Assembly: GCA_041661745.1 (NCBI GenBank)
Contig: JBAZTR010000002.1
Span: 4,368-68,367 of the forward strand
Length of the DNA stretch: 64,000 bases
Reading direction: 5' to 3'
Origin: Patescibacteria group bacterium
GTDB taxonomy: Bacteria > Patescibacteriota > Patescibacteriia > UBA9934 > GWF2-40-263
Positions 26,171 through 35,535 of the stretch are shown piece by piece (the first letter of the stretch is position 1; every line of letters starts with the position of its first letter). The notes below the pieces were generated by a model. That model made no database searches. It saw nothing but the letters and a program-made list of their open reading frames with translations, and was not told where the DNA came from. Made by a program: the position numbers and the translations under genes.

Positions 26171-26602
26171 CTACTTGGTCTCCCCCGAAAGAGCCGTACG
26201 GACACAGCTAGTGAGTTTGGCACGATCGCCGTCCCTGACCGCCTTTTCCAAGGCAGTGGCAAGACGATTGTCGGGAAAGGCCTTGACCAGAACCTGGGCG
26301 ACCTCTTGGGCTTCACGACAACGTCGAATGAAAGAGGTGGTGTCGAAACGGGGGTTCGATCCCTCGAGTCCACCGACAATCGCCTTTTCCAGGTCCTGCC
26401 AGGCCCGGAAGAGTTCACGCTGCCAGCCGGCCAGCCCTTCCCCATCAACCCCGGGAATGGTCGGATTCCATTCTTCTTCTTCGGGGACAAGGAACAAGTT
26501 GTTCTCCGGCGAGGTCTGGCGTGGCGGCTTGGCCGCGGCGGTAAAATCAAAAACTTCTTGTGCTTTTAACATTTCTCCACCTTGCCTTGGTTTTAGCGAC
26601 AT
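26171..26602 (-). CDS. hypothetical protein encoded in a visibly GC-rich island; it may start at an internal Met near 26572
   Basis: Four mutually overlapping ORFs occur on both strands here, which is typical of GC-rich DNA. This frame has the most protein-like composition and is followed by a terminator-like hairpin plus T-tract at about 26100-26140 on the minus strand. Confidence 0.35.
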   Translation of the reverse strand: MSLKPRQGGEMLKAQEVFDFTAAAKPPRQTSPENNLFLVPEEEEWNPTIPGVDGEGLAGWQRELFRAWQDLEKAIVGGLEGSNPRFDTTSFIRRCREAQEVAQVLVKAFPDNRLATALEKAVRDGDRAKLTSCVRTALSGETK

Positions 26603-26690
26603 ACTTTTTTAGAATAACAGAAAAAGAACCTTTATGGGAGAGGTTAGCTTGAAATAATCCACAGATAATGATATTCTTCATGCGCAAAAA

Positions 26691-26767
26691 GGGCGCATAG
26701 CTCAGCTGGTTAGAGCGTCGCATTCACATTGCGAAGGTCAGAGGTTCGAGTCCTCTTGCGCCCACCA
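26691..26767 (+). tRNA. tRNA-Val (anticodon CAC)
   Basis: GGGCGCA acceptor stem, GCTC/GAGC D-stem, anticodon loop TTCACAT, T-arm AGAGG-TTCGAGT-CCTCT, CCA encoded. A hairpin with T-run follows at about 26775-26805. Confidence 0.9.
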
Positions 26768-26814
26768 TGGTAAAACCGTCCTAAAAGGGCGGTTTTGCCT
26801 TTTATAAATCCATC

Positions 26815-26843
26815 TTGTCCAAACCGTCTTTTTCCTCTATAAT
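26815..26843 (+). promoter_or_regulatory. sigma70-like promoter for the LCP-family gene (TTGTCC, 17-nt spacer, TATAAT)
   Basis: Consensus -10 TATAAT at 26838-26843 with -35 TTGTCC 17 nt upstream. The ATG is at 26864. Confidence 0.5.
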
Positions 26844-26863
26844 GTGGTCGAGAACACGCGTTT

Positions 26864-28450
26864 ATGGATCAACACAAAATTGACTTCTTAAAAGAGCAAC
26901 ATCGTCTGCATATTGTTCGACGACAACCTTCAAACTTTTTGAAGAAATTTTTTATTATCGCTCTGTTAGCGGTGGCCGGTCTTGGAACAACTCTTTCTTT
27001 AAATATCGAAACCGGGGGCGAAACTTCGACTGCTAATACCAAATCTTTTTCACTTTTTTCAACTTTACGTGATCTTATTTCTTCAAACGATTATAAGTTA
27101 CAGGGCGAAGAAAACGATCGAGTAAATTTTCTTTTGTTGGGGGTTGGTGGGGCTGGCCATGATGGTCCACAACTAACTGACACCATTATTTTCGCCAGTT
27201 TGCGACCGTCCGATAAATCCGTTGGCATGATGTCGATTCCCCGCGATTTAACCGTCCCAGTACCTGGCGAAGGATGGCGCAAAATCAATGCTGTCAATGC
27301 TTTAGCTGAGGCAAACGAAAAAGGCAGCGGCCCGGCCGCGGTAAGCGACGTAATCAAACCAATTTTTAATCAAGACGTTAATTATTATGTTAAAGTCGAC
27401 TTCGATGGCTTTGCCGATCTTATCGACGAACTCGGCGGTCTTGATCTTTATGTTGAAAATCCTTTCACTGATTACGAATACCCTATCGACGGAATGGAAG
27501 AGGCTGATTGTGATGGCTCATTAGCCGCGGCTGAAGCGGCCGCAGAAATTTCTGAAACAGAAACCGGACTGGCCGAAACCGTCGAGCCGGCCGCGCCGAT
27601 TGATTACAGTTGTCGTTTCGAGGTTTTGTCTTTTCAGGAAGGCTGGACACACATGGACGGCACCACGGCGCTTAAATACGTCCGCTCGCGTCACGGTTCT
27701 AATGGCGAGGCTTCCGACTTTGCTCGCAGCCGCCGTCAACAAAATCTTCTCTTGTCATTAAAAGAAAAAATTCTTAGTTTAAATACTCTGAGTAGCCCGA
27801 CCAAAATCAGCGCAATCCTTTCAACCCTGGGCGAACATATTCAAACCAATATTTCGTTAGGTGAATTAATTACTTTGGGCACAGAATATATTGATATCGA
27901 TCGGGAAAAAATTGTTAACCAGGTTCTTGATACTTCAGAGGGCGGGCCACTTTACGCCACTTCCATGAACGGGGCTTACGTAATTCTGCCAAAAAATGAT
28001 GATTGGACTCCCCTGCAACAATTGGCAGCCAATATTTTTTCGGTCACCGCGGCCACTGATTCGTTTGCCGGGGCAACCACTACGCCGTATTTCGCAAGCA
28101 TTGAAATCCAAAATGGCACAACGGTCGCTGGTTTGGCTTTCCAGATTTCTCAAATCTTAGCAAGCCAAGGTTTTGATGTAACAAAAATCGGCAATGCCGA
28201 AGAACGCGGTTTTACTCACACAGTTATTTATGATCTGACCGATGGTCAAAAGGCGGATGAATTAAAATCGCTCCAGGAAACTCTTTCCGCCGAAGTGGTT
28301 ATGTCAACCACGGGCTGGGTTTTTTCAAGCGAGGTAGTACCGAAAGAAATTTCTGTCACCGACGACTCTTACTCTCAAAAAACAACCGTTGATAATATTG
28401 ACTTTTTAATAATCTTGGGCGAAGACAGCTCTGGCCTTGTTAGAAGGTAG
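26864..28450 (+). CDS. LytR-CpsA-Psr (LCP) family cell-envelope phosphotransferase with a C-terminal LytR_C-like domain
   Basis: N-terminal TM segment. LCP core LLLGVGGAGHDGPQLTDTIIFASL...MMSIPRDLTVPVPGEGWRKINA...VKVDFDGFADLIDELGGLDLYV. Confidence 0.8.
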   Translation: MDQHKIDFLKEQHRLHIVRRQPSNFLKKFFIIALLAVAGLGTTLSLNIETGGETSTANTKSFSLFSTLRDLISSNDYKLQGEENDRVNFLLLGVGGAGHDGPQLTDTIIFASLRPSDKSVGMMSIPRDLTVPVPGEGWRKINAVNALAEANEKGSGPAAVSDVIKPIFNQDVNYYVKVDFDGFADLIDELGGLDLYVENPFTDYEYPIDGMEEADCDGSLAAAEAAAEISETETGLAETVEPAAPIDYSCRFEVLSFQEGWTHMDGTTALKYVRSRHGSNGEASDFARSRRQQNLLLSLKEKILSLNTLSSPTKISAILSTLGEHIQTNISLGELITLGTEYIDIDREKIVNQVLDTSEGGPLYATSMNGAYVILPKNDDWTPLQQLAANIFSVTAATDSFAGATTTPYFASIEIQNGTTVAGLAFQISQILASQGFDVTKIGNAEERGFTHTVIYDLTDGQKADELKSLQETLSAEVVMSTTGWVFSSEVVPKEISVTDDSYSQKTTVDNIDFLIILGEDSSGLVRR

Positions 28451-28476
28451 TTTAATTTCCCCTAACCGAAAGTTTT

Positions 28477-29838
28477 ATGTCCAGAACCCCAGTTGTCGCC
28501 ATTGTCGGCCGAACCAATGTCGGTAAATCAACACTTTTTAACCGTTTGGTTGAAGAGCACAAAGCTTTAGTTTCAAATGTCCCGGGAACAACCCGCGATC
28601 GCAACGAAGCTGAAGTTTTTTGGCGCGGTAAAATTTTTAATATTGTGGATACCGGCGGCACGGACAGCGAATTTGGCCCGGTCATTGAAAAAGCTACTCA
28701 CGAACAAATTTGGCGCGCCGTAGAAGGCGCCGACATTGTTCTTTTTGTGGTTGACTTAAAAACCGGTCCCATGCCACAGGAACGCGCCCTGGCCAAAAAA
28801 CTTAAAACCGTTAACAAGCCTATTATTGTTGTCGGTAACAAAGCTGAAACCCCAAACTTGGTTGCTTCGGTTCATGCCACAGAATGGCGCTTGGCCGGCT
28901 TACCATCACCTTTCGCTGTTTCCGCTTTACGCGGCACTGGCACTGGCGACTTGCTTGATTTGATTCACAAAGCTTTGCGCAAAGTTAAACATCCGGCCGT
29001 GGAAAAAAAGAAAGAACCGGTTACCCGAGTGGCCATTATTGGCAAACCCAATGTCGGTAAATCTTCCATTGTTAATTCCATTCTGGGCGAAGAGCGGGTT
29101 ATTACCAGCCCCATGGCCCACACCACGCGTGAACCAATTGATACAACAATCGAGGTCAACGGCAAAAAATATATTCTGATCGATACGGCTGGTATGCGTA
29201 AAAGTGGCAAGGTTAAACAAGCCGGCGGTTTGGAAATGGCCGGAGTTAAACGTACCAAGGACGCCGTTGAACACGCTGACGTAGTTTTACTTGTTCTTGA
29301 AGCCAACGAACAAATCGGGACACAAGACAAATCCATTGCCGGAATTTTAGACGGCTCAACAGCCGGAACAATCATTGTGGCCAACAAATGGGATTTGGTA
29401 CTAAATAAAACCCCTAGCACCATCAATGATTACGAACGTTATGTTAATGGCATGATGCCGTTCATTGCCTATGCCCCGATTGTCTTTACTTCAGCTAAAA
29501 CCGGCCAACGAATTGAAAATATCTTTACTTTAATTGACCAAGTTCAAGCCGCCCGTCATCGCGAAATTTCCGAGGAAGACTTAGAAAAATTTTTCCGACG
29601 AATGATCGCTCACCGCTCACCGATTCGTGGCAAAGTGGTCAAACCACCAAAAGCTTTGGGTCTGCGACAAACCGGCACTTGCCCGCCATCTTTTGCCGTG
29701 ACCATTAAAGCCAAGCGCGAGGATGCTATCAGCCAAAGCTATTTACGTTATATTGAAAATCGTTTGCACGAAGAATTTGATTTTAACGGCACACCGGTTG
29801 TGGTCCGAGCTCGCTTACCAAGAATAACTGCAAGTTAA
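28477..29838 (+). CDS. der: ribosome-associated GTPase Der/EngA (tandem GTPase domains plus KH-like domain)
   Basis: Two P-loops, VAIVGRTNVGKSTLFN and VAIIGKPNVGKSSIVN. Confidence 0.9.
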   Translation: MSRTPVVAIVGRTNVGKSTLFNRLVEEHKALVSNVPGTTRDRNEAEVFWRGKIFNIVDTGGTDSEFGPVIEKATHEQIWRAVEGADIVLFVVDLKTGPMPQERALAKKLKTVNKPIIVVGNKAETPNLVASVHATEWRLAGLPSPFAVSALRGTGTGDLLDLIHKALRKVKHPAVEKKKEPVTRVAIIGKPNVGKSSIVNSILGEERVITSPMAHTTREPIDTTIEVNGKKYILIDTAGMRKSGKVKQAGGLEMAGVKRTKDAVEHADVVLLVLEANEQIGTQDKSIAGILDGSTAGTIIVANKWDLVLNKTPSTINDYERYVNGMMPFIAYAPIVFTSAKTGQRIENIFTLIDQVQAARHREISEEDLEKFFRRMIAHRSPIRGKVVKPPKALGLRQTGTCPPSFAVTIKAKREDAISQSYLRYIENRLHEEFDFNGTPVVVRARLPRITAS

Positions 29839-29841
29839 AAT

Positions 29842-30366
29842 ATGTGTCTTATTGTCGGCTTGGGTAATCCCGGCAAAAAATACGACCGCACGCGTCACAA
29901 TGTCGGCTTTTTAGTTCTAGACCAGTTGGCCGACATGGTTGATGGCAAATTTAAAAACAAACGCGAATTAAATGCGGCCGCGGCCGAAGTTATTTTTGGC
30001 AATAAAAAAGTTGTTCTCTTGAAACCGCAAACCTTCATGAATCTTTCGGGTGAAGCTGTTGGCGGGGCCGCGCAATTTTGGCATATTCCAAAAGAAAAAA
30101 TTACCGTAATCTTTGACGATGCTAATTTACCCATTGGGAAAATCCGCGTGCGTACGAGCGGTTCAGCCGGCGGTCACAATGGCATGAAATCGATTATTGA
30201 AAAAATGGGCACGGACGAAATTCGTCGGATTCGCATTGGTATTGGTCGCCCGGCGGAATCAAAAGCCCCGCTCGACAAATGGGTTTTGGGCAAATGGAGC
30301 AAGGCTGAATGGAAAGAAATTACCGAAGCTGCTCACAAAGTGGCTAAAATGGTTACTGATGATTAA
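29842..30366 (+). CDS. pth: peptidyl-tRNA hydrolase
   Basis: LIVGLGNPGKKYDRTRHNVGF signature. Confidence 0.9.
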   Translation: MCLIVGLGNPGKKYDRTRHNVGFLVLDQLADMVDGKFKNKRELNAAAAEVIFGNKKVVLLKPQTFMNLSGEAVGGAAQFWHIPKEKITVIFDDANLPIGKIRVRTSGSAGGHNGMKSIIEKMGTDEIRRIRIGIGRPAESKAPLDKWVLGKWSKAEWKEITEAAHKVAKMVTDD

Positions 30367-30372
30367 CGCGGT

Positions 30373-31467
30373 ATGTCTCTACAAGATCTGGGCTTTCTGT
30401 TGGCCTTGATACGCTTTCCAAAATTTGGAGCAGTTCGCCTCGCAAAATTGCGAGGATTTTTTCCCTCCATGGCCGCGGCCTTTGCGGCTGGCCAGAACGA
30501 ATTAATGGCCGCCGGAATCGATGCAACGACGGCCGAACAATTTATATCGCTTCGTCCAAAACTCTCGCCAGAACGAGAGTTGTTTTTAATTGATAAATAC
30601 AAAACCAAAGTTATTCTTAGAGATGATCTTGATTACCCACCGCTTCTAAAACAAATTCACGACCCGGCGGCCGCTTTATTTGTTCGTGGCACCTGGCCGG
30701 CCGTGGCCTTGCCAAGTTTGTCAGTGGTCGGTTCGCGCCAAGCCACACCGTATGCCGAGCGCGCCTCTGAAACCATCGTCAAACCACTCGCTCGAGCCGG
30801 ACTAGTTATTGTTTCCGGTTTAGCTCTTGGCACCGATGCTCTGGCTCATGAAGCTGCCCTTCAGGCCGGTGGAAAAACCATTGCCGTTCTTGGCTCGGGC
30901 ATCGACGATTATCATATCTTCCCTTCCTCTAATAGATATCTGGCACGAAAAATCATTGAAAACAACGGCGCGGTTATTTCTGAATATCCACCGGAAACCG
31001 AACCGCAAAAAATATTCTTTCCCATCAGAAATCGCATTATTGCCGGCATGTCACGCGGCACCATGGTTATCGAGGCTGGAATAAAATCAGGGGCGCTTAT
31101 TACGGCCAGAGCTGCTCTGGAAAACGGTCGTGAATTATTTGCCGTGCCCGGGCCCTTTCATTCGCCATTTTCCGAAGGCACCAACAATCTTATTAAAACT
31201 GGAGCGCATCCGGTGACTGAAGCTAATGATGTTCTTTTTGCCTTGGGTCTACGGTGCTTTGAGGAAAACAAAAAAAATAAAAAACCCGAAGCTGGCAGTC
31301 CGGCCGAAGCGGCCATCATTCAACTCTTAAGTGCCCAGCCAATTCACGTCGACGATTTGGCTCACGCCACTGGCAAAAATATTTCCGAAATCTCCCATTT
31401 ACTTACGCTAATGGAGATGAAAGGCACAGCCAGACATGTAGGAAATTTATACTACACAATTAACTAA
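30373..31467 (+). CDS. dprA: DNA processing protein DprA (Smf)
   Basis: Rossmann-like core GSRQATPYAERASETIVKPLARAGLVIVSGLALGTDALAHEAAL. Confidence 0.85.
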   Translation: MSLQDLGFLLALIRFPKFGAVRLAKLRGFFPSMAAAFAAGQNELMAAGIDATTAEQFISLRPKLSPERELFLIDKYKTKVILRDDLDYPPLLKQIHDPAAALFVRGTWPAVALPSLSVVGSRQATPYAERASETIVKPLARAGLVIVSGLALGTDALAHEAALQAGGKTIAVLGSGIDDYHIFPSSNRYLARKIIENNGAVISEYPPETEPQKIFFPIRNRIIAGMSRGTMVIEAGIKSGALITARAALENGRELFAVPGPFHSPFSEGTNNLIKTGAHPVTEANDVLFALGLRCFEENKKNKKPEAGSPAEAAIIQLLSAQPIHVDDLAHATGKNISEISHLLTLMEMKGTARHVGNLYYTIN

Positions 31468-31530
31468 ACCTTGACTAAACGTAAAAAATACCGCATTATC
31501 TTATCGTCTTAGTATTATTTCATTCGATCC

Positions 31531-31619
31531 GTTCAACTTGTTCAAGTGTTCAAAATGTTCACTGTCGACCGATCTACAAAACCAAAAATGAACAATTTGA
31601 ACATATGGACACTTGAACA
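31531..31619. repeat. near-palindromic array of 8-9-bp periodic GTTCAA/TGAACA motifs (copy A; 4 forward plus 3 inverted units)
   Basis: GTTCAActtGTTCAAgtGTTCAAaatGTTCAC ...26 nt... TGAACAattTGAACA..TTGAACA. The architecture and periodicity match copy B at 43484-43575. Confidence 0.6.
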
Positions 31620-31629
31620 AAAAAACAAC

Positions 31630-33873
31630 ATGTCATACTCATTAGTCATCGTCGAGTCTCCGGCGAAAGCAAAAACTATCTCCAAATACCTGGGCAGTAA
31701 ATACAAAGTACTGTCCTCTTTTGGTCATGTCCGCGATTTGCCACAAAAGGAAATTGGCGTGGATACCGAACACGGCTTTATCCCAAAGTACGTGGTTTCA
31801 CGCGATAAAATGAAGCAGGTTAAACTGCTTAAAGAAGGGGCAGCCAAGGCTGACGAAATTTTATTCGCAACTGATGAAGACCGTGAAGGAGAAGCTATTT
31901 CTTGGCACCTGGCCCAAATTCTTAAGGTTGACCCAGCCAAATTAAAACGCATTACTTTCCACGAAATTACCAAACGGGCCATTGATCACGCTATTGAAAA
32001 TCCACGTAATCTTGATTTGAATTTGGTTAACGCCCAACAAGCGCGCCGTATTCTTGACCGCTTGGTTGGTTACGAGCTATCGCCGTTTTTGTGGCGCAAG
32101 GTGCAGAAAGGTTTGTCCGCCGGCCGCGTGCAATCGGTCACCGTGCGCTTAGTAGTGGAACGCGAACGTGAACGTGAAGCTTTTAAGCCGCAGGATTTTT
32201 GGACTATCGACACTCTCTTTAATAAGGATCAGATTTCCTTCCCCGGCAAACTGCACGCTATTGGTGAAAAAAAGTTAGATAAACTTGGAATTGATTCTGA
32301 AGTCGAAGCGGAAAAAATTCTTGAAGCTTTAAAGAATGGAAAATACGAAGTCGCCGAGGTAACTAAAAAAACCGTTAAGCGTTCGCCGGCTCCGCCGTTT
32401 ACCACATCAACTCTACAACAAGAAGGCAATAACAAACTTGGTTTTGGTGCCAAGGAAACCATGATGCTCGCCCAAAAGCTTTATGAGGGGGTCACTCTGC
32501 CCGGCGAAGGTCAGGTTGCGCTTGTCACCTACATGCGTACCGATTCGACCAATCTTTCTGAACTTTTTATTAATGAAGCGCGAACTTTTATTTCCGACAA
32601 ATTCGGGGCTGATTATCTTTTGGATAAACCGCGAATTTTTAAAACAAAAGACAAAGGGGCACAAGAAGCGCACGAAGCTATTCGCCCAACCGATGCCTCA
32701 CGCACGCCTGATTCCATTAAAGACGCCTTGGATCGCGACTTGTGGAGGCTTTATGATCTAATCTGGCGCCGGGCGGTTGCCACCCAATTACCCGAAGCTA
32801 TCTTTGATTCCACTTCGGCCGACATTGCCACCGGTGAATATATTTTCCGCTCGACTGGCTCGACTATTAAATTTGACGGTTTCCTAAAAGTCTACGAAGA
32901 AAAACGAAAAGATTCTCTTTTGCCGGAGTTGGCCAAAGGCGATGCCGTGGCTTTGGAAAACCTGGAAAGTAAAAAGCACACCACTGAACCGCCGGCTCGT
33001 TACTCTGATGCTTCGCTGGTTAAGGCTTTGGAAGAACACGGCATTGGTCGCCCGTCCACTTACGCCCCAACTATTTCCACCATTTTGGAACGCGGCTATG
33101 TCGAACGTGACGAGGCTAAAAAATTAAAACCCAACCAAGTGGCCTACACAGTTACTGATCTCTTGGTCGAACACTTTCCAAATATTGTTGACTTGGCTTT
33201 CACGGCCAAAATGGAAAAAGATTTAGACCAAGTGGCCGAAGGTAAAGCCGAATGGGTCCCGGTCCTGCAAGAATTTTACGGCCCATTCCATGATAATTTA
33301 AAAGAAAAGGAAAAGTCAGTGGTTAAACTAAAGCCGGCCGACAAGCCGACCGATCAAGTCTGCGAAAAGTGCGGCAAGCCCATGGTTATTCGTGGTGGCC
33401 GCTTTGGCGATTTCTTGGCTTGCAGTGGTTTTCCGGAATGTAAAAACACCAAACCTTTAGCACAAAATGCCAACGGCGAGGCCGTGGCCGCTGAACCAGA
33501 GGTGGTGGAAGATCTTTGTCCAACCTGCGGCGCGGCCATGATTATGAAACGCGGTCGTTTTGGCCCATTCATCTCATGTTCCAAATATCCGGAATGTAAA
33601 ACCATTAAAAAAATCGAAAAGAAAACCGGGGTCAAATGTCCGCAATGTGGCGAAGGTGAGATTGTCGAAAAGAAAGGCCGGAGCGGCCGCCCGTTCTTCA
33701 GCTGCAACCGTTATCCTGATTGTAAATTCGCCTTGTGGCAAAAACCAACCGGTGAAAAATGTCCCACCTGCAGCAGTCTTATGACCTTTGCCGCCAAGGG
33801 TATGACCCAATGTTCCAACAAAGAATGCGGTTTCAAAAAGAGTTTGGAAACATCGGAAACACCAGAAACCTAA
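31630..33873 (+). CDS. topA: DNA topoisomerase I with C-terminal zinc-ribbon repeats
   Basis: MSYSLVIVESPAKAKTISKYLG Toprim start and several C-terminal CxxC...CxxC fingers. The ORF-track start at 31546 would run through the GTTCAA repeat array, so the internal Met at 31630 is preferred. Confidence 0.9.
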   Translation: MSYSLVIVESPAKAKTISKYLGSKYKVLSSFGHVRDLPQKEIGVDTEHGFIPKYVVSRDKMKQVKLLKEGAAKADEILFATDEDREGEAISWHLAQILKVDPAKLKRITFHEITKRAIDHAIENPRNLDLNLVNAQQARRILDRLVGYELSPFLWRKVQKGLSAGRVQSVTVRLVVEREREREAFKPQDFWTIDTLFNKDQISFPGKLHAIGEKKLDKLGIDSEVEAEKILEALKNGKYEVAEVTKKTVKRSPAPPFTTSTLQQEGNNKLGFGAKETMMLAQKLYEGVTLPGEGQVALVTYMRTDSTNLSELFINEARTFISDKFGADYLLDKPRIFKTKDKGAQEAHEAIRPTDASRTPDSIKDALDRDLWRLYDLIWRRAVATQLPEAIFDSTSADIATGEYIFRSTGSTIKFDGFLKVYEEKRKDSLLPELAKGDAVALENLESKKHTTEPPARYSDASLVKALEEHGIGRPSTYAPTISTILERGYVERDEAKKLKPNQVAYTVTDLLVEHFPNIVDLAFTAKMEKDLDQVAEGKAEWVPVLQEFYGPFHDNLKEKEKSVVKLKPADKPTDQVCEKCGKPMVIRGGRFGDFLACSGFPECKNTKPLAQNANGEAVAAEPEVVEDLCPTCGAAMIMKRGRFGPFISCSKYPECKTIKKIEKKTGVKCPQCGEGEIVEKKGRSGRPFFSCNRYPDCKFALWQKPTGEKCPTCSSLMTFAAKGMTQCSNKECGFKKSLETSETPET

Positions 33874-33917
33874 AATTAAAAACACGCTCGCCGAAAATTG
33901 ACGAACGTGTTTTTGAT

Positions 33918-35450
33918 TTATTTTTTACTTTTATCGTCCTGGCGATCCAGAGCTTTGCCCTTCAATCTTTCATATTCCTTCGCCGCCTCTTCTTCTTTCT
34001 CGTCCAAAGTCTTAAGCCCGGGTTTATAACTCTTAGAAATCATACCGCCGAATTTTTTTTGCCAACCGTATAATGTTCTGTCCAACCAATTCATTCCCGC
34101 GCCAACCGCTCGAAGTGGTAATTCTATTGCTGCCGCCAAACCTAGAATTCCCAAACCGCCGGCTAATTGCCCGGCCGCTCGGCCGTAAGTTTTAACCATG
34201 TCTAATCCGGTTACGCCGGTTCTTTTTACCAAAGAATCACTTGAGCCGCCCACTTGATCATAACCATGAAGCTGCCTTCGCAATATATAATCGGTAACCA
34301 TGGTGGAATCGCGCAAGTGCGGTTTTAGGCGATCGGTAAACGGAATATCCCAACCTCGGCCATGATAAGCCCGCTTGGCCCAATACGGACCCCACAGGCC
34401 GGTAAAAAGACCGGTAAAGGTTAAGTACTGTATTTTTTCCGCACTAACGGCCGGCCGACCCAACAACAAAAGGTTAGTTCGAGTATCGTCGTAAGGATAA
34501 ACAAGATGTTTCTGACGTTCCATGGTTCGTCGTAATAATTCCTTTCGGAAGGCCAAAGACGAACCGTAAGCCTCATAAAGATCGTGGCCTGTTGCTTCCC
34601 CAAAGACCGCAGCTTTTTCTTCTGTCAACAGATTAACCTGGCCCTCGGCTGAGCACCAAGCCGCCGAATGTTCGGTTTCTAATTTTCGATATTTTTTTCT
34701 AACATTTATAAAATCAACACGGCCTTCTGAAAAATCGGTTTGGAGTTCTTTTGAATCGTCTTCTAGTTTTTTCCGTTTTTCGATTTCTTTTTTGATAATT
34801 TTTGCCGAAACCGTGGCTTCTTCGGTTTCCACCAGTTTCTTTTTTTTGCCCTTACCGCCACCAACTTCTTTTTTAACCACATGAGTTTCCAAAGCCCCCA
34901 AAGCCCGAAGAGTTTCTCGAATCAAAAAAGGAAACTCGGCTGGTGGTAAATCAAGCGGAACAGTAATCTCGGCCGTTTCTGTTTCACGTCCACCAATGGT
35001 TTCTTTTTTTAAAGCAACTCGCAAACTTTGCCCATAGACAAAAGACAGTTGCGCGGCTTTTTCTTTTTCTACCCCTAAAGCTTCGGTAATTGTTTTAATT
35101 TCACCGGTCGCGGTTTCTATACCAATGGCGGCCACACCGCCATTTTTTCGGTCACCGCCAGCCAAATAAAAATCCGCGCCGCTGGTTCTTTCAACCCCGG
35201 CCGCAACACGATGTGCCGCCTCTTGAGCCTCTTTAATAGCGGCTCGCGCTTGTTCCTCACGAGTTTGACCCTCTAGACGGCGGGCCGCTAAATATTTTTC
35301 ACGGACCGTGTCTTTTTTTTCAACATCCCCTTCCCCTTCGTCCCCCTCCTCCACCCCGTCATGTTCTTTATCAGAATCAGACGAATATGGCTTTCTCTCG
35401 AAATCTCGATCTGGTGTATAAGTTCTCCGTCTTGGCTTTGGGTCTGGCAT
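33918..35450 (-). CDS. hypothetical protein (510 aa) with no recognisable domain
   Basis: Long ORF with an acidic N-terminus, Lys-rich coiled-coil-like segments and a Gly/Ala-rich C-terminal region. Divergent from relA. Confidence 0.55.
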   Translation of the reverse strand: MPDPKPRRRTYTPDRDFERKPYSSDSDKEHDGVEEGDEGEGDVEKKDTVREKYLAARRLEGQTREEQARAAIKEAQEAAHRVAAGVERTSGADFYLAGGDRKNGGVAAIGIETATGEIKTITEALGVEKEKAAQLSFVYGQSLRVALKKETIGGRETETAEITVPLDLPPAEFPFLIRETLRALGALETHVVKKEVGGGKGKKKKLVETEEATVSAKIIKKEIEKRKKLEDDSKELQTDFSEGRVDFINVRKKYRKLETEHSAAWCSAEGQVNLLTEEKAAVFGEATGHDLYEAYGSSLAFRKELLRRTMERQKHLVYPYDDTRTNLLLLGRPAVSAEKIQYLTFTGLFTGLWGPYWAKRAYHGRGWDIPFTDRLKPHLRDSTMVTDYILRRQLHGYDQVGGSSDSLVKRTGVTGLDMVKTYGRAAGQLAGGLGILGLAAAIELPLRAVGAGMNWLDRTLYGWQKKFGGMISKSYKPGLKTLDEKEEEAAKEYERLKGKALDRQDDKSKK

Positions 35451-35535
35451 ATAAGAAATTTAAAACAAAAAAATTATAGCAAAAAAACTAAGGTTTGTCA
35501 TATTATCGGCAAAATGCTAAGGTAAAAAAGCACAT

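Noticed and set aside
26080-26612. Three additional overlapping ORFs (26080-26550 minus, 26163-26612 plus, 26165-26569 plus) in the GC-rich island.
   Set aside because: Overlapping long ORFs in all frames are expected by chance in GC-rich DNA. These have Arg/Ser/Pro-dominated compositions typical of wrong-frame translation, so at most one frame is likely to be genuine.
31546-31629. The upstream ATG start of topA listed in the ORF track, which adds 28 residues (MFKMFTVDRSTKPKMNNLNIWTLEQKNN).
   Set aside because: The extension is encoded entirely by the periodic GTTCAA repeat array and carries no Toprim residues. Conserved TopA N-termini begin at MSYSLVIVESPAKAK (31630).
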